Below, piece after piece: positions 14,583 to 28,345 of a DNA stretch of 64,000 nt. Source of the stretch: Paramecium tetraurelia (Eukaryota); the NCBI GenBank assembly GCA_000165425.1, contig CT868540.1, forward strand, positions 186,001 to 250,000, given 5' to 3'. The notes below the pieces were generated by a model. It saw nothing but the letters and a program-made list of their open reading frames with translations. It was not told the DNA's origin and searched no databases. The position numbers and the translations under genes were made by a program. The stretch's first letter is position 1. Every line of letters begins with the position of its first letter.

Positions 14583-16602
14583 TCATTTTTTTTCATTTTC
14601 TCCTTCGATTACTGGAGGATCTTCTTGATTTTAAACATAATTTTATTAAGGAGGTCGATTATGAAATTCTTACTATTCGTAATATTAAGGAGGAGGATTT
14701 TACTAAAGTTGATGGGGGTAATATTATTGATTTTGAAGTGGGTTATTATTATTACCATAGCCCATATATCGATCTGGATTGTTATTATGCCCTACAACAT
14801 GATGGTTGCCATAACGCTAATCATAAGGATTTTAGTTCTAATAAGGATTTGGATTTTAGTTATAATAAGGATTTGGATTTTAGCTATGATATTGAAATTA
14901 ATTCTGATTTTAGTTATTATAGGGGGGGTTTTAGTAATTATCGGGAGGATTTTAGTTATTATTTTAATTAGGATCTTCCTTCTTTCTATTATCATATGGG
15001 TTGTAACGATAGGGATCATAATTGTATGATTTTTACCTTGTGAAGAAACTTGGCATCTTCAAACGAAGTTTATAATTTTTAAAACACGTAAAGGTTGACA
15101 TGAAAAAATTAATTACCATCATCAGACCTACGTTTACAAGGAGACAATAGGAAAGGGACAAAGAAGTATTGACCAAGCCATCATGCACTTAATTCATTCT
15201 GTCTTAGCCACTTTAAGGGAAACAATTCTTTTTAGTAAAATCATCTAAAGTAATGACCAAATCAATCATAAATGAATAGCCAACAATAACAGTTATGCCA
15301 AGTAAATAAACTATAAGTTCTTTGATAAGAAATTAAAATCCTGCGTAACATTTACCACAATCTTTATAAAAGCAACGATGTAATTCATTTGTCATAAAAA
15401 TCAATATCACTACAAATGATACGCATGAAAACACTAATTAACAGATAATTAAAGTGCTCTGACTTTTAAACCTTGAGTCAAGATCAATTAGTTATTCAAA
15501 ACTAAATATAAATTAAAGTTTACTTATTAGATCTGCAATCCTGTTTAAAATATATTTGATTCTAAGCAAGTAATTAGTATTGTATTTTGCTACTAATGTT
15601 ATACAGAGGTCTTTCTGATTGAACCAGCGACAGAATATTGTTAAGTTGAAACAACTATTTTTCAGTTGTAGTTGATATCTAGAAATAACTATCATCTAAG
15701 ACACAATCTTCTGGGGCTGGATCAAACAAGATGTAATCCTCTTCGAGTTTAGGATTCAGACTATATTTGCTGTTATCAAAACATACTCCCTTGCCTTTAA
15801 CAATGGCAAAATTCATTAGTGGAGTGGTTTCTTTTGATAGACCTACATATGTATAAAATCCCTTGTCATAAATTAAACTATAATTGTTTTATTATATGTC
15901 GTATTCAGAGAGTTGGTATGAACTAATTATGATTTCTCTTAATGGACAGGCTTCATCTTAGAGAACGCAATAAAAGTTTGTTGTGGATTCAGTTTAACAT
16001 ACTTTGTACCCATTTGCTTTACAATCTTCTGCAGTTGTTATTTTATTTTTTAATAAGTCATAAAATGGTAATGCAGATCTCTTTCCACAAATCTCAACAG
16101 CATAAAACGAGTTATTAGCAGGTTATGCCCATTTAAATAAGTCTATTGGGTCTTTTATTTCTATATTATAACACCCCTGAAGTAGTTACCAATCTGTGCA
16201 ATCGGTTGTTGAAAGCTCTCTATCGTCCATACAGATACATCCATCCTACGTTCCTGGTATGGAATAGGAGGAAAGTAATTCAAAATCTTCTGGGCAGAAG
16301 TCAAATATTTAAATATCAGTCAAAGCACCAAGCTACCAATTATCGAAAATGTTTGTTATTTGTTGATTAGATAAGGATGTTTAGCTTTAGATAATCGATG
16401 TTAAAACCACAGCAACAGCGGTAAATATCGAAATAAGAACGATGTTTATGAATCTATAGACTCTTGACTTATTCCCAGATATATTGTTTGAATAGCCTTC
16501 AGCGCAACAATAACAGCAACCAAAGCAAGCAATACCTCCACATTTAAAACCGTCGGCGTGATCTGGGAAACAACATTCACAACATAGACAAAGAAGCTCC
16601 AT
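14583..16602 (-). CDS. Multi-pass membrane protein with Cys-rich N-terminus, Cys-containing loop and P/Y/Q/N-rich tail
   Basis: MELLCLCCECC..CCYCC, hydrophobic helix INIVLISIFTAVAVVLTSII, further hydrophobic segments at ~15.15-15.45 kb. A 31-nt intron near 15.06-15.09 kb joins the tail, which ends EGENEKK-TGA. Confidence 0.8.
14825..14965 (-). repeat. Imperfect ~24-bp coding tandem repeat (YNQNPNPY-like)
   Basis: Repeated aaggatttggattttagttataat-like units on the + strand. Confidence 0.8.
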
Positions 16603-17182
16603 ATTAAGTTGTTATTTCTTATTAAAATTTATTTATTAATAGTATCTTTTATGAAAGAGCAGTTTATATGCGAATATCCCAATATGATGGTTTTTTAAAT
16701 CATTATTATATGACGAATTGTTTGTTTTAATTTTTGTATAAATTTTAAATTGCAAAATAATTTCTTGCTTATTCTCAAACAAATAAGAGTTTTGATTATG
16801 ATAAACTAGACATTAAAGCTAATTGTGCTTTAAATGTTTGATTGCATGTCTTTATTTGAGATCAATCAATTATATTGATGAAAATCAATTAGAATATCTT
16901 TAAGAGATACATTTTAACTACATTTTTTAAAAGACAAGCTATATTTGCAAATTTCAAATAATCAATTCTAAAATAACAAAAAAAATACGTTTTAATCAAA
17001 TTATTAATATGCAAACATGATGATTTTGATGATCTTAAAAACAAAAAAAAAGTAGCACAAAGACTATCATTAAACAATAAAACTATAAATATAATTAATT
17101 TATTTAATTTAATAGAAATTAATTTATATTATGCATTTTCATTAATGATGATTGTGATATTTATATATATATTTTAATTCAA

Positions 17183-20100
17183 TCAATTTTAAATACTTTT
17201 GATTCATCTTCATGTTATAAATAAATATACTCACAGTCCTCATCCCATTCTAGCTTATAGTAGAGTGGCTATAGAAAGTTAAATTAATGAGTTAATTTAA
17301 TGTACACATTCTCATATTCTTATATGAAACTACTGGTCGGCTTTAATTGAAAAATCTTTAAATTTGAATCCCTCTAAGAAAATGAAGCCATCTATTTGCC
17401 CTTTACATCAAAGGCTATACTTGTTATTTAAGCTAATTACTTAACTATATACTTACATTGATATCTATCTAATGTCTATAACTTTACACCATATCTTAGA
17501 TCATAAATATGAACTAAGCCTTCTAACGCAAATGCTACTTTTAATATCTTTTTAGAGAAACTTACATATTCGAACCTCTTGTCCAAAAATTATACCAGCT
17601 TAACAAAAGACTTATAAGCGTACTTCCTTAACTATTGATTATTCTAATCTATGGTTCTAATATTATTTACAATTTAATACTTTATTGATAAATCTAAGAT
17701 GAAGAGTGTTTCATTAGGTCCAATTTCCGATTTTGATAAACATAGCAATAAATCAAGAATTGAACACGCTATTATGGGATAATTTTCTGTTTAATTTATT
17801 ATTTCTTAGATAGTTGCCTTAAATTCCTAGAAAAAGTATTAAGACAAAACCATAATTAGGATTCTTAATCTTTGTTTTATTCTCTATAAGTCTAGTTGAC
17901 TCATTAGTTAGTACTACCTCAAATTCTCATATTTATCCTTCTCCTTTGATTTTTTATTCAAAGGCGAACTAATGATCTCTTTTAATGCTAAACCATGTTT
18001 ATATGCAGTGTAGATGTGATAATAAATCGACAGTAAGGTCTGCAAACACACTTTCGGTTATTAGATGCATTTATGAAAATTTTACATTCCATCTTCTAAT
18101 AATTTAATAAAGACAAACACAATGTTTGGTTTCTTCAAACATAATTAGTGAGTGAAGCCTGACATTATTCTATTAAATACATAGTGAATCATTTCACTAT
18201 TACTCATCATCTATTACATTAAATAAGTTTGGATTATTAGGCACATTATCTCTAAGGAGAAATACACATTTGAATTACTCCTTTCAAATAATTACAAGAA
18301 CTCTTTGGAAGTCTTTTATAATACCACAATCTCATTACACAGACTATCCATTTTCTTTATTTATTAAGAGATCAATTAACAAGATATCTCGATTATATCC
18401 TTTGAATTGTCGAGACTATATCTAGATAGACTTAATAAACTTGTTTAATTGTTAACTTCTGAAATATCAAATCTACTTTTTATTTGTTTTAAGCATAAGG
18501 CTGCTGCTATACTGTATTAAGTGGACATTAATCCACTTATTTAATGATTGTTAGATTCAATCAATCTCGAAAATCCTTCTGCCATTCCTTGCAAACCAAA
18601 TTAACATTTAAAAATAGGTGTTTAATTCAAAGAATGATAAAAATGAACATAAGTAAAGGGTATCTTCATAGTTGCTGTATTTTCCATTGAATATTTTACT
18701 AACTCAATATTCTTTTTGCAATCAAACCATATTAAATAATAAGAAGAACTAGAATCTGGCTTATTAGGTTACTTTTATTATTTATACAACTTATTTACTC
18801 TATCAAATTGTAATGTGGATTTGAATTATTTTAAATAAATCTTATACAACAGAAACATATCTCCCATCTCTTACGGCTCGAATATAATTATTGATTTATC
18901 TCTATAACTTATTGCAGGATCTTCATATGAAAGAATATGCAAAATTTCATCAAATTCCAAAGTATTTTGTTAAATTTTATTCAGAGTCCCTAAAAAGTCA
19001 TAAAAGTATTATGGTGATTATTATTTTAATTCTTAGGAATAATTATATTAATTCTAATAACTCCTATTAGAGTATTCTAATAGATCGAATTACGAAACCT
19101 AATCAGTTTTGAATGATTTAAAATCATATGAATTTATCATTTATGACAATTTCAATGGCAATAGAGTCTCAATATTCAAATACTCTTACAATTATTGAAT
19201 ATTTATCGTTCTTTCCAACTTACCACTCTCCATTGACCACACGGATACTTCAACTCCTTTGCAAAATAAAAATAGCAATAAATGTGGTACATAATATAAC
19301 TTGACTTACCCCTAATTTAATTTAAATTAATTTTGAAAAGAGAATTTCTTAACATTCAATATTGTATGATAAATAACAATAGAGTCATCCTCCAGTAGCA
19401 AGGCCACAAAATGTTTTACTAACTTTCTTTTAACAACAAGAGCATCATTATTTGAGAAAGTGCTATTGTTTGATTCTTAAAAAAGTTATCTAATTTATAT
19501 CACTTATTTAATATTTGATGGTAAGACTGTTTAATATGTTGAAACAAAGTCTACTGATTAATTATCAAATCTACCAAATATGCTGGATAGACTAAATACT
19601 TTTAATTTTAATGTTTGATCCACAGCAAAAATAGAATTTTTGATAAATTTCAAAAAAATTATACTCTTTTTAAAATCATTATTTATGTAAAGATTCCATC
19701 TTTTATTCTTCTCATAAAAGAATGGAATCAAAAATATTTTTCCTTATTCTGTTCCGAATATAGCAAAAAGATCAGTCTTGTTATATAAGCCAATTGTATA
19801 TTTAGAGATGTTTTGAATTTAATTCAATTATCCTTAAATATTTTCTGGTAGGTTTTAATTCAAAGATTTTAGAATATCATTTTACTCAAAAATTTAGAGA
19901 TCTACAAGTGTTTTTGGAATATCTGTAATTTCCAACTATTTGGATTCATTAATAAATCTTGATTGAGAATAAAGGTAGAGTGTAAAGCCTTCTGACTATA
20001 ATGTTACATCAAACAACTTATCCTATTAAAGGTTGCAAATGCAATAATCATCATAATTAATTGAATCTGGCCTATATATTTCAATGATGCATCCATTTTA

Positions 20101-21286
20101 TCTAAATAACAAATTATTTATTGCGAATATTGTCTATTAAAAAAAGTATTTTGAAACTTGAATTGGTGTCAATTATTAATTGAGTAATAGCAAGAGTTAT
20201 CCTTAATAGGATTAGCTTTATTTTGAAAAACTAAAGCCATTAAAGTCTAAAGTTATACATTAATTATAACTCTTCGATATTAGACCTATTAAATTTTAAA
20301 TATCTTTCTCGTAAATAAAACTAGTGCTACCATTCAGTTATTCAATAATTATTATAGCCTCATTGTGACCTTTAAATAAATGAATATTCCTAAATTTAAT
20401 TATGCTTGTAGAAGACTTAATAGAGAACATTTCCCTTTATTAATCGGTTTCTTTAAAAGGACAATTCACTACATATATTGATTTTGAATAAACTATGTAC
20501 ATGATGTCAGATTTCGTGTTATAGATGGTATTGATTATTTTATTTGATGGTAATCCTTTTATAGAAATACTGGAGGACATTTTTATTAAGGACTTTTTTT
20601 ATGCATGCTTCTTTTTATCTTATGCTTTCTTCTCAATATATTTTAAATAGTTTTATTTTTCGGGTTTTTTATATGCTGATGCATCAATTTTGTAGATTCT
20701 ACATTTACTATCTTGAATATCATCAAATTATACCAATAACAGCAAAGTCAGTCCCAATAGATGTAAAAATTGTAAATCTTGGCTAATTAAGTTCATCTTG
20801 AATCAAAAATATTTTGCTGCAACACATTTTCCATAAATCATATATGTAAATAGCTATTCCTTCGCCAAAGCAACTTATATATCTACTTGTTCTATCACCA
20901 ACTGGATATATTTATGTTATTTATTTTGAATATGGAAATTAATCATGATCTGAAATCAAAATCTATTTGCCATCTAACATACTCAATATTCTTATTCTTT
21001 TATCTTGATGAATTGCTACTGCACAATTCATATTGCTATCCTAAAATTCTGCAAATGGTCTTCTCATAATTTATAATGCTGTGACTGCTCCTACTCTATA
21101 TATCAAATGTGGAGTGGACTTAATAAGTGGTCTTAAATTAAAGTTGTCGAATTCCCATATGATGATGTCTCCATTAATTGAACCTGTGGCAATTCTTTTT
21201 TTATCTATATCATCAGCCCACGCTGTAATAAAATGATTTTGAAAGTCGAACGAGCCAAAATAAACAGGAATGAACAACTCTGGCAT
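17183..21286 (-). CDS. Large WD40 protein, WDR7/WDR72 (rabconnectin-3 beta)-like
   Basis: N-terminus MPELFIPVYFG..HFIT..IATGSINGDIIIWEF..LRP resembles the WDR7 N-terminal propeller. Helical middle region and a C-terminal WD segment (VHIYDLR). Several tiny introns. Confidence 0.7.
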
Positions 21287-21820
21287 ATATATGGAAGATA
21301 ATTATTATTAAATAAATATTTTATAATACATAATTAACATAATTAAGAATTATAATAATACTTCTTTAACAAACATACCTAGAGAAAGAGTTTTAGGTTA
21401 AAAATGAATTATTTTATTTGTATAAATATCAAATACATCATTCATAAATCAAATAAAATTATTTATTAACAATAATATATACTATCAAATTATCATCTCC
21501 TAATGTATACTTAAATTTAAAGATTATGATTATCTCTTCCTTTCCTTTACCTGCAAATAATTTCAATTTCTAAATAAAATATTAGTTTGTAATAAATTGG
21601 TCTATAGTTTTATTGATAATTGATCCTTCTACCTTCTCTTGAGTATTTCTAATGCTTTAAGAACTACTTAAAATCGGTTTTTCAATGATCACTGCATATA
21701 TCATATATTTAAGAACATAATATAATAAATATTTTTTAAGTAAGGATATTTGTTATAGAATACCAATAATTGTTTGTAAACAAATTTATGTTTGAATTAA
21801 ATTAATTAAATTATTATTAT

Positions 21821-23594
21821 ATGTCGAAGGATCTAGGAGAGGAACAAGGATTATCAGGCTAATCATCTAGATCATTCTCTCCTTAACAACCTAGGAGGAA
21901 AAAATAGTTTTAAATTGATTTTTTTATTGAGTGGAAATACATTGAATAAGATTAATTGAAACCATATTTTAGAGGATGTGAAAGTACCATAATTAGCATC
22001 ATTTAGTCACAATATGATGTCAAGTCTATTTAGCTGAATCGAAATAATCAAATTCCTGGGTTAGAGGGCACAGCATTTTCAATTATTGAATCTGATGATA
22101 GCAAGTTAAATTTATAACTTGAAGCCGTCAATAAAATACTTTCATTAATCGAATAAAAGAAAAATCCTACTTTTGAAATGATGATGTTGATACCTGAGGG
22201 TATGGAAATTCTATAAACACTAGGAACTGTGTCATATTTAATTGGTACATCTGGAAAGTAAATTAAAAATATTCAACTTGAAACAAAAACTGATGTTGTC
22301 GTCAATAATGCCATAAACAAATTTTCCTTACGGTCAGTGAAGATAGCTGGTGAGAATATTATGATAATAATTTAGGTTAGTCAGATTGCATCTACAATGC
22401 TATTAAATTAATAACAAATAAATTGCATCAAAGAGGTATTACAGAAGACGACTACATCAAGAGAGCTGAACCATTAGATCCAGGAAAAGTTGTTACTAAG
22501 GTATGTCTCATTATTAAGGAGGTTTAACTTGTTTTTACAGAGATAATTATTGATTACATTCTTAAAAATAAGGATCTAGAGAAGAAATATTAGATAAAAA
22601 TGAAAGCCAAAAGTATTAATGAAGTGCCAATCAAAGTAATGATGAAATCGATTATGATTTAGAATAAACTAAAGAAAGATGAAGAGATATTACAGTTAGT
22701 TGGTACTTTGAAAAACGTGCAAGAAGCAATTAAATCTATAATTCGGAAAATAAGTTCATAATTCAAGAGACTGGAATTTGACGTAAGAGTAGTGATGCCT
22801 TCTAATTTTGCATCCAAATTGATAGGAGCGAGTATATTATAATGATTTATGACTTTTTCAAAGAGGGTTGTCAAATAAAGGAACTTGCAAACAAAGCCAA
22901 AGGTGCGCAAATAAAAGTTATGTCTGATAAGGATGATTCTGATATCGGATAATGTAATATTGAATTTTAGATAATTAGATTGCTTGGTTTAAGTCATTGG
23001 ATCAGTGGAACATAAATTAGAGGCTACAGTGTTAATCTTGGAATAGATAGAGTGTTTCAAAAATGGAGGACCTGTATTTAAATAATTAAAAAGATCCTTG
23101 AGAGCGGAAAGTACATTAATGAAAACTTTGCATAACAATACAAAAATTCAGTTTCGATCCAAGATATCAAACAAAAGAGGTTTCAACATTATTTTAATCT
23201 TTATCAGATAGAAATCCTCATCCTCCAGATCAAGTAGAAGATTGAGATCCAGATCAGATTCAAACAAAAGACATAAAAAATAAAAAAAATCTAGATCAAC
23301 TAGGTACATCTAATCAATAGACAAGTTCAAACTAACGAAAAACCAAACAACATCCATTTTAGGCAAAGATAGTTGTTCCAATAAATTTAATTGAATAAAT
23401 GAAGAAAAAATTAAATCGTATTGGAAAAGAATAGGGAGTTAATATATAAGCAGATAATAAAGTATCGATCACTCATAGGTTATTGTTAGGAATTCAGAGA
23501 TGAATTTGTCCTAAAATTGAGAGGTGAAATGAAAAATTGCTTGAATGCAATCTAGCATATATTAAGTGAATAATGTAAATTATAAAGAAGATGA
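21821..23594 (+). CDS. Multi-KH-domain RNA-binding protein with RS-rich segment
   Basis: KH GxxG loops LIGTSGKQIKNI and KLIGAKGCQIKEL. SRSSRRLRSRS stretch. Many tiny introns. Confidence 0.85.
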
Positions 23595-24102
23595 AAATCC
23601 ATATAATTATCAATAAAACATCTCAATAATAATAATTATATAATTATTATTTATATTTCTATTTAAATGAAATAAACATTGAATTTTCAAAATACAAGAT
23701 CTTTTGAAGAAAGGAAAAATGAATCTGATAATTGCAAATAACTCTATCCCAATGATGTTTTAGTAGTGGTGGAATAATCCAGCAAAAGTAAATTGCCAAA
23801 ATAAAATTTTATAAAGTAATCTATAATTTTTAAATAGATTCAAAATGCCAAACACAATGACAATTATGAACGTTCTGTAATACATTAAAAGCAAAATTAA
23901 ACTTTCTTAATACGATTCAATTAATTTGTATTGTGGCAAGACATTGTTGAGAATAGGTATGAAAATTAAATTAACTTAAAGATTAAACTTTAAAAGAATT
24001 ATATCAATCGTTTAGAGATTAGGATGGCTTTCTTTATATCAATTACATAGAAATGAATTCATTTGGTACATAATTTTGAATTGATATTTTTCATTTATTT
24101 AT

Positions 24103-24555
24103 TCATTTTCCATAAGTTAGTTCCTCGATGCTTTAAATTTCCTTCTCAACTTCATGATTCTTGGCTCTGTTTTGATTGGAAAGAAAAGTGTCCACAATTT
24201 ACTTGGCAATCTCGATCCCAACAGTTCTGGCACCAAAAGAAATCACATTGCATCCTATTTCTAATGCCTTTAATGTTGAATCATAATCATTCACTTACCC
24301 GCATCTGATGCCCTTAACCTTGTTGGCCATAATTGAAATCCCCACTCCACTACCACATATTAATATTCCAATCGCATTAGATTTGATGACCTCTTTGCAT
24401 ACATTAAGAGCATAATCATTATAATCACAACTTTGGTTTGTGTGTGTTCCTAGATCTTCAATATCATATCCCTTTTTTTTACTATATTCTAATAAAGTAT
24501 TTTTATAATCTAATGCAGCATGGTCATTTCCAATAAATATTTTAATTTAATTCAT
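24103..24555 (-). CDS. rpiB: Ribose-5-phosphate isomerase B (RpiB/LacAB family)
   Basis: IFIGNDHAA, DLGT..SCDY, GILICGSGVGISIMANKVKGIR, NVISFGARTVG. 150 aa, open without an intron. Confidence 0.9.
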
Positions 24556-24717
24556 ATTTATTTTTTTATTAAAAATACTACGTAATTATTTTATTTATAC
24601 TAGTATATAAGTTCCTTTTTGATCAAATAAGTAATATGTTAAATAAGATTAATTAATAATGACGTATGTAATTTATGAATTACATAAATTGATCATCGTA
24701 TAATTACTTTTTTTAAA

Positions 24718-25721
24718 ATGTCAGATTTTATTCAATGGACATATGAAAATAGATATCAAATCTCTATTGATTTGGCAGCTGGGTCTATTAGTGGAATGTA
24801 ATTTTCATTTTTTTAAAGATTAGAGCTAATTGCATTTCAAGTCATCCATTGGACACAGTTAAAGTCAGAATGCAAATGTCCGAAGATGGAGTTGTAACAA
24901 CACTACGAAAAATTATAAACAATGAAGGAGTCAAAGGTTTCTATAAAGGAATGTCTTTTCCAATACTCTCTATACCAATAACAAATGCGGTTGTGTTTTC
25001 AGTTTATGAATTCTGGAGAAAATTTTTTATTGGAAATTCCAATAAATAACTTACATATTTCCAAACGTATTGATTTGATTTGAATCTTAGAGCATTCTGT
25101 GGAAGCATAGCTGGAAGTTCTGCTGCATTATTCTCGTGTCCAATTGAATTAACAAAATGCAAATTATAAATGCAAGAAACTGAAAAAATCTACAAAAATC
25201 CGATTGATTGTGTTTTCTAAGTATTTCATATACAAAAATATAATAGATTTACAAAAAAGAAGGGTTAAAATATATTTTTAGAGGAATGCATGCTACTCAA
25301 TAAAGAGAAATTCTTGGGTATTCTGCTTAGTTCGCAGTTTATGAATTCATCAAGGACATACTTTGTGATTTATCTTAGAAGGCAGAACCTTCAACAGCAA
25401 ACTTATTGATTTCAGGGGGTCTAGCAGGCGTTTCATGTTGGACAATAGGATATCCTTAAGATGTAAAATAAATCTATTAAAATGAAGACAATTAAGACCA
25501 TCCTCTAATGTTAAACCGGCAAGACTTCAGGGATTTATAAGGTGAGATGTTATGATGGAGGGTTTTTGGATTGTTTGATGCAAAAAATATCTACTGAAGG
25601 TTTCAGTTCTGTTTGGAAAGGATACTCAGTTTGTGTCTTTCGGGCATTTTACGCTAATGCAATCGGGTTTTACGCGTACGAATTGGCCAAAGAATAACTA
25701 ACCTCACTCTATTAATTTTGA
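24718..25721 (+). CDS. Mitochondrial carrier (SLC25), carnitine/basic amino acid carrier-like
   Basis: Three Px[DE]xx[KR] signatures: HPLDTVKVRMQ, CPIELTKCKLQ, YPQDTIKT. Also GFYKGMSFP and GGLAGVSCW. Four tiny introns. Confidence 0.92.
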
Positions 25722-26038
25722 TGTAAATATATTGAATGTTTATATTTCTTTTAAATTTTGTACATATTATCTAATAATTTAGATTGTAATTAAACATTGT
25801 AACAGATATTTTATATTGAGTTTTGGAAAATATCAGTAAGATATTTAAATTAATATTGCTCCAATATCTTATGGGTAATAATCGTCGAATATGACCTACT
25901 AACTCAGTTATATTTGCAATTTACTTTTATCGCTCCCCGATGTCAATATAATAAACTATACAGTCAGATATTTAATTAAGGGAAAAAACGTATATAAATT
26001 ATGAATTATGGAAGTAGGACTAATACACTTATAAGAAA

Positions 26039-26266
26039 TCAATTTTAACTCATTGAGGCTCTTCTTCTTCTTAATATCGGGTTTTAAGAGATATTGTAAT
26101 TGTCATATTAAGAATTTTCACAATCATATATTTTTTTCCCTATCTACTCTATTTCTTAGGTGTTGGTGAAAGTTTGAATAAATTTCTCATCACCTTTCTT
26201 TTTGAGGATGGAAACTGGAATCTTTTTTGATATCATAGATCTTTGCTTGGTTTAGGCACAACCCAT
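26039..26266 (-). CDS. 75-aa putative N-myristoylated/palmitoylated microprotein
   Basis: Intronless ORF MGCAQTKQRSMISKKIPVSILKKKG..NPILRRRRASMSQN-TGA in ciliate code. Confidence 0.7.
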
Positions 26267-26377
26267 CTTTTTTGAAATCCTTTAATAAATTTAAAAATAA
26301 TAAATATAATCTAAAACCTAAAATAGGATGATTAATATAATATCATAATAAACATCAAAAGAGTTTTATCATCATAT

Positions 26378-27742
26378 TCATTCAAGGGTAGGATCATGAA
26401 AGAGAACTGTGGGCATTTTTGGTCCTTAAGAACAGTTCTAATAATATTTAATTTAAAGTAAAAATTCTGTAAATGGATTAATTAAGTCCTTATATAATCT
26501 ATAGCTGATGTGATCCATATCATCTGCCAGATGTAGAATACATTTATCAGTTTTACATGATTCTAATTATAAAACATATTTACTGTATAATTGTTAAGCT
26601 TATGAATAAGGAATGATGTTGTCAGCCAAACCATGCAAAATAAAAATAGGTACTTTCACTTTCTAAATTTGTTCCAAATTGTCAAATCTCTATCTAATGA
26701 GGAACTATGCCCACGAACCAATGTAATCTCGGACCGCTGCTTTAAGTGAAGTGAATGGAGACATTAAAGCCAAACATGCAGGTTTGTATCTATTCGCTAT
26801 ATAAGTGGCTGGTCCACTCCCAATACTTCTACCGAATACAATAATCCTGTTTTCAGCATATCCCAATCTCTTTGTCAGATAATTAAACACATATTCAGCA
26901 TCATTCAGAATGGACTCAGCTGAAGGTTGTTCATTTTTGTATTTTCCGTATCCAGGATATTCAACAGCTATAGCAGATACCTATTTAAGACTTACTAAAT
27001 TGCAGTACTTGTAAATTATCACGCAGATGTACTAAAAAATTATAGGATTATGTTATATCTTCACAATTGGCATGAAAATAGATCAAAATGTTGGGGGAAT
27101 GTTTTTTTGAGTCCACATACATGCAAGGAATATAGCCATTGATTTGATGGGAATCCCTTGAATTTGATCTTGGAGGGGGCTATTCATCATCACATTCATT
27201 TTAATTTTTTTATTAATTGAGATCAATCAATTCTTAAGGTAATTTGATAAGTGGTTAACTGAAGCAGATACTCTGATTGACTCTTGTCCTTTTAATAGGG
27301 TAAAGATTTGAAGACATTCTACACAATTGAGGTTTTTTTGTGATAATCTAAACCGATTGCATATTAAGTTTCTGTAGTTTTTGTTGAACATCTGGACTAC
27401 CCTCACTAGAATCAAATGTGGGTGAGTTTATGTCAGTAGTTTATCGCTTTCGTTATCTATTTGTAATTGGTTTCCATTCAAAATTTGGTATTGGCTGCAA
27501 TTAAGATTCTCTATTCTCTAGAAATGTATATATTACGTGGGCTCATCTATTAAAAAATGATCTTCATCAAAATCTATTTCACTTTATTTGAAGAAAACAC
27601 CCCTCTTCTTGTTTGTTCTTGGTACATAATTTTGAAAAGTAGGATAGAGTTTTGGATATTTTGGAATCCACAATATTTGGCCATGTTCATGATCATTAGA
27701 TATTTCTTTTGGGGCTGGGAAAAAGATAAAGTCTAAATCCAT
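26378..27742 (-). CDS. Alpha/beta hydrolase, ABHD17/ABHD13-like
   Basis: FFPAP at the N-terminus, IYFHANCEDI, EYPGYG, nucleophile elbow GRSIGSG, ILHGLADNII, later His in MDH. Long low-complexity insertion near the N-terminus. Confidence 0.88.
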
Positions 27743-28345
27743 AAAATTTATTATATTTAATTATTTCTTAAGTTTTTTATATAAAATAGAAAATAAAAAA
27801 CCTCTAAATTATAATTAATAATTGTCTTCTTGATCTGAGATATATATCACTCAAGATATTTAAACGAATAAGATACAATATTTTGTAGTATTTACAAATA
27901 CAACCGAGTAAATTAAAAGTATTTATCAATTTATTGATTTCCCTAAATTTTTAGCTTAATATAGCAAATCTATGATTTAACCATTTTTATGAATAATCTT
28001 TTTGTTTAATACAATTTATCTTAATATTCTTGCGCTTCCTAATATTTGATTTAATTTAATTTTTAAATCATTCAAGATTAAAATTGCAAGTAAACATTAT
28101 TTAAAAGAAGATTTGTATTTTTAATTCTTTTATTATGTGAATACATTGAAGATATTCAACATCCCCATAGATTATTAAATTTATATTATGCTAGTCCATG
28201 GGGACTGTAATTGTATCCTGATAACTTCATAAGAAATTGACAAACAATAATGTGTATTATCAAGATTATCAATGAAAATAGGTGTACATTATTATAATAC
28301 ACAGATTAAATATATAACATAACATGGTTTAAAATTTATTTTTCA

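Noticed and set aside
14625..15029. Standard-code ORFs (Ile/Leu-rich or DFSY-repeat) in the ORF track
   Set aside because: Antisense or off-frame shadows of the P/Y/Q/N repeat tail of the minus-strand membrane protein.
24265..24300. Intron-like GTAAGT..AAG segment in RpiB
   Set aside because: It reads in frame (GQVNDYDSTLK) and is needed to match the RpiB length in this region.
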